NCBI GenBank assembly: GCA_041178545.1
Contig: JBEGVB010000052.1
Coordinates: 37,850 to 101,849, forward strand
Length of the DNA: 64,000 nucleotides
Reading direction: 5' to 3'
From: Planctomycetota bacterium
GTDB taxonomy: Bacteria > Planctomycetota > UBA1135 > UBA2386
This document shows positions 63,998-64,000 of the stretch, in pieces. Every line of letters begins with the position of its first letter. Position 1 is the stretch's first letter. The notes under the pieces were generated by a model that did not search any database, was not told the DNA's origin, and saw only the letters and a list, made by a program, of their open reading frames with translations. The position numbers and the translations under genes are program-made.

Positions 63998-64000
63998 GAC

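Overview
High-GC (roughly 70% by eye, not computed), gene-dense chromosomal segment from a diderm bacterium (LPS/Kdo and Lpt genes present), and it is origin-proximal. It carries dnaA, dnaN, a DUF721/DciA-like gene and gyrB on the minus strand at 37.4-43.9 kb. Two parS palindromes lie at 63.92-64.00 kb. I call about 55 CDS, mostly housekeeping: pdxST plus a MocR-type regulator, pyrE, purF, lepB, rsmB, fmt, scpA, kdsD/kdsC, ettA, dapF, rnhC and bshA. I recognised no rRNA, tRNA, CRISPR array, IS element or prophage. The ORF track is full of long shadow ORFs and upstream read-through, as expected at this GC. I picked real genes by recognisable family motifs, signal peptides, GC3 bias and 4-nt start/stop overlaps, and I trimmed many starts by counting residues in the track ORFs. 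Observations most worth follow-up: (1) dnaA and dnaN are separated by about 1 kb, made of a 402-bp non-coding stretch with two opposed arrays of DnaA-box cores and an orphan opposite-strand ORF with a strong Shine-Dalgarno whose frame runs into the dnaA 3' end; (2) a 645-aa secreted protein with about 11% methionine; (3) a translationally coupled kdsD-kdsC-940 aa membrane-anchored OstA-like protein-LptD-like operon with no separate lptA or lptB; (4) an Mla-like module next to gyrB with a fused ATPase-permease and a double-MCE protein; (5) a standalone MshEN-type (c-di-GMP receptor-like) domain protein; (6) a small K/A-repeat, AT-hook, coiled-coil protein that is a candidate nucleoid-associated protein. 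All functional calls rest on motif recognition by eye. No BLAST, HMM or covariance-model searches were run.
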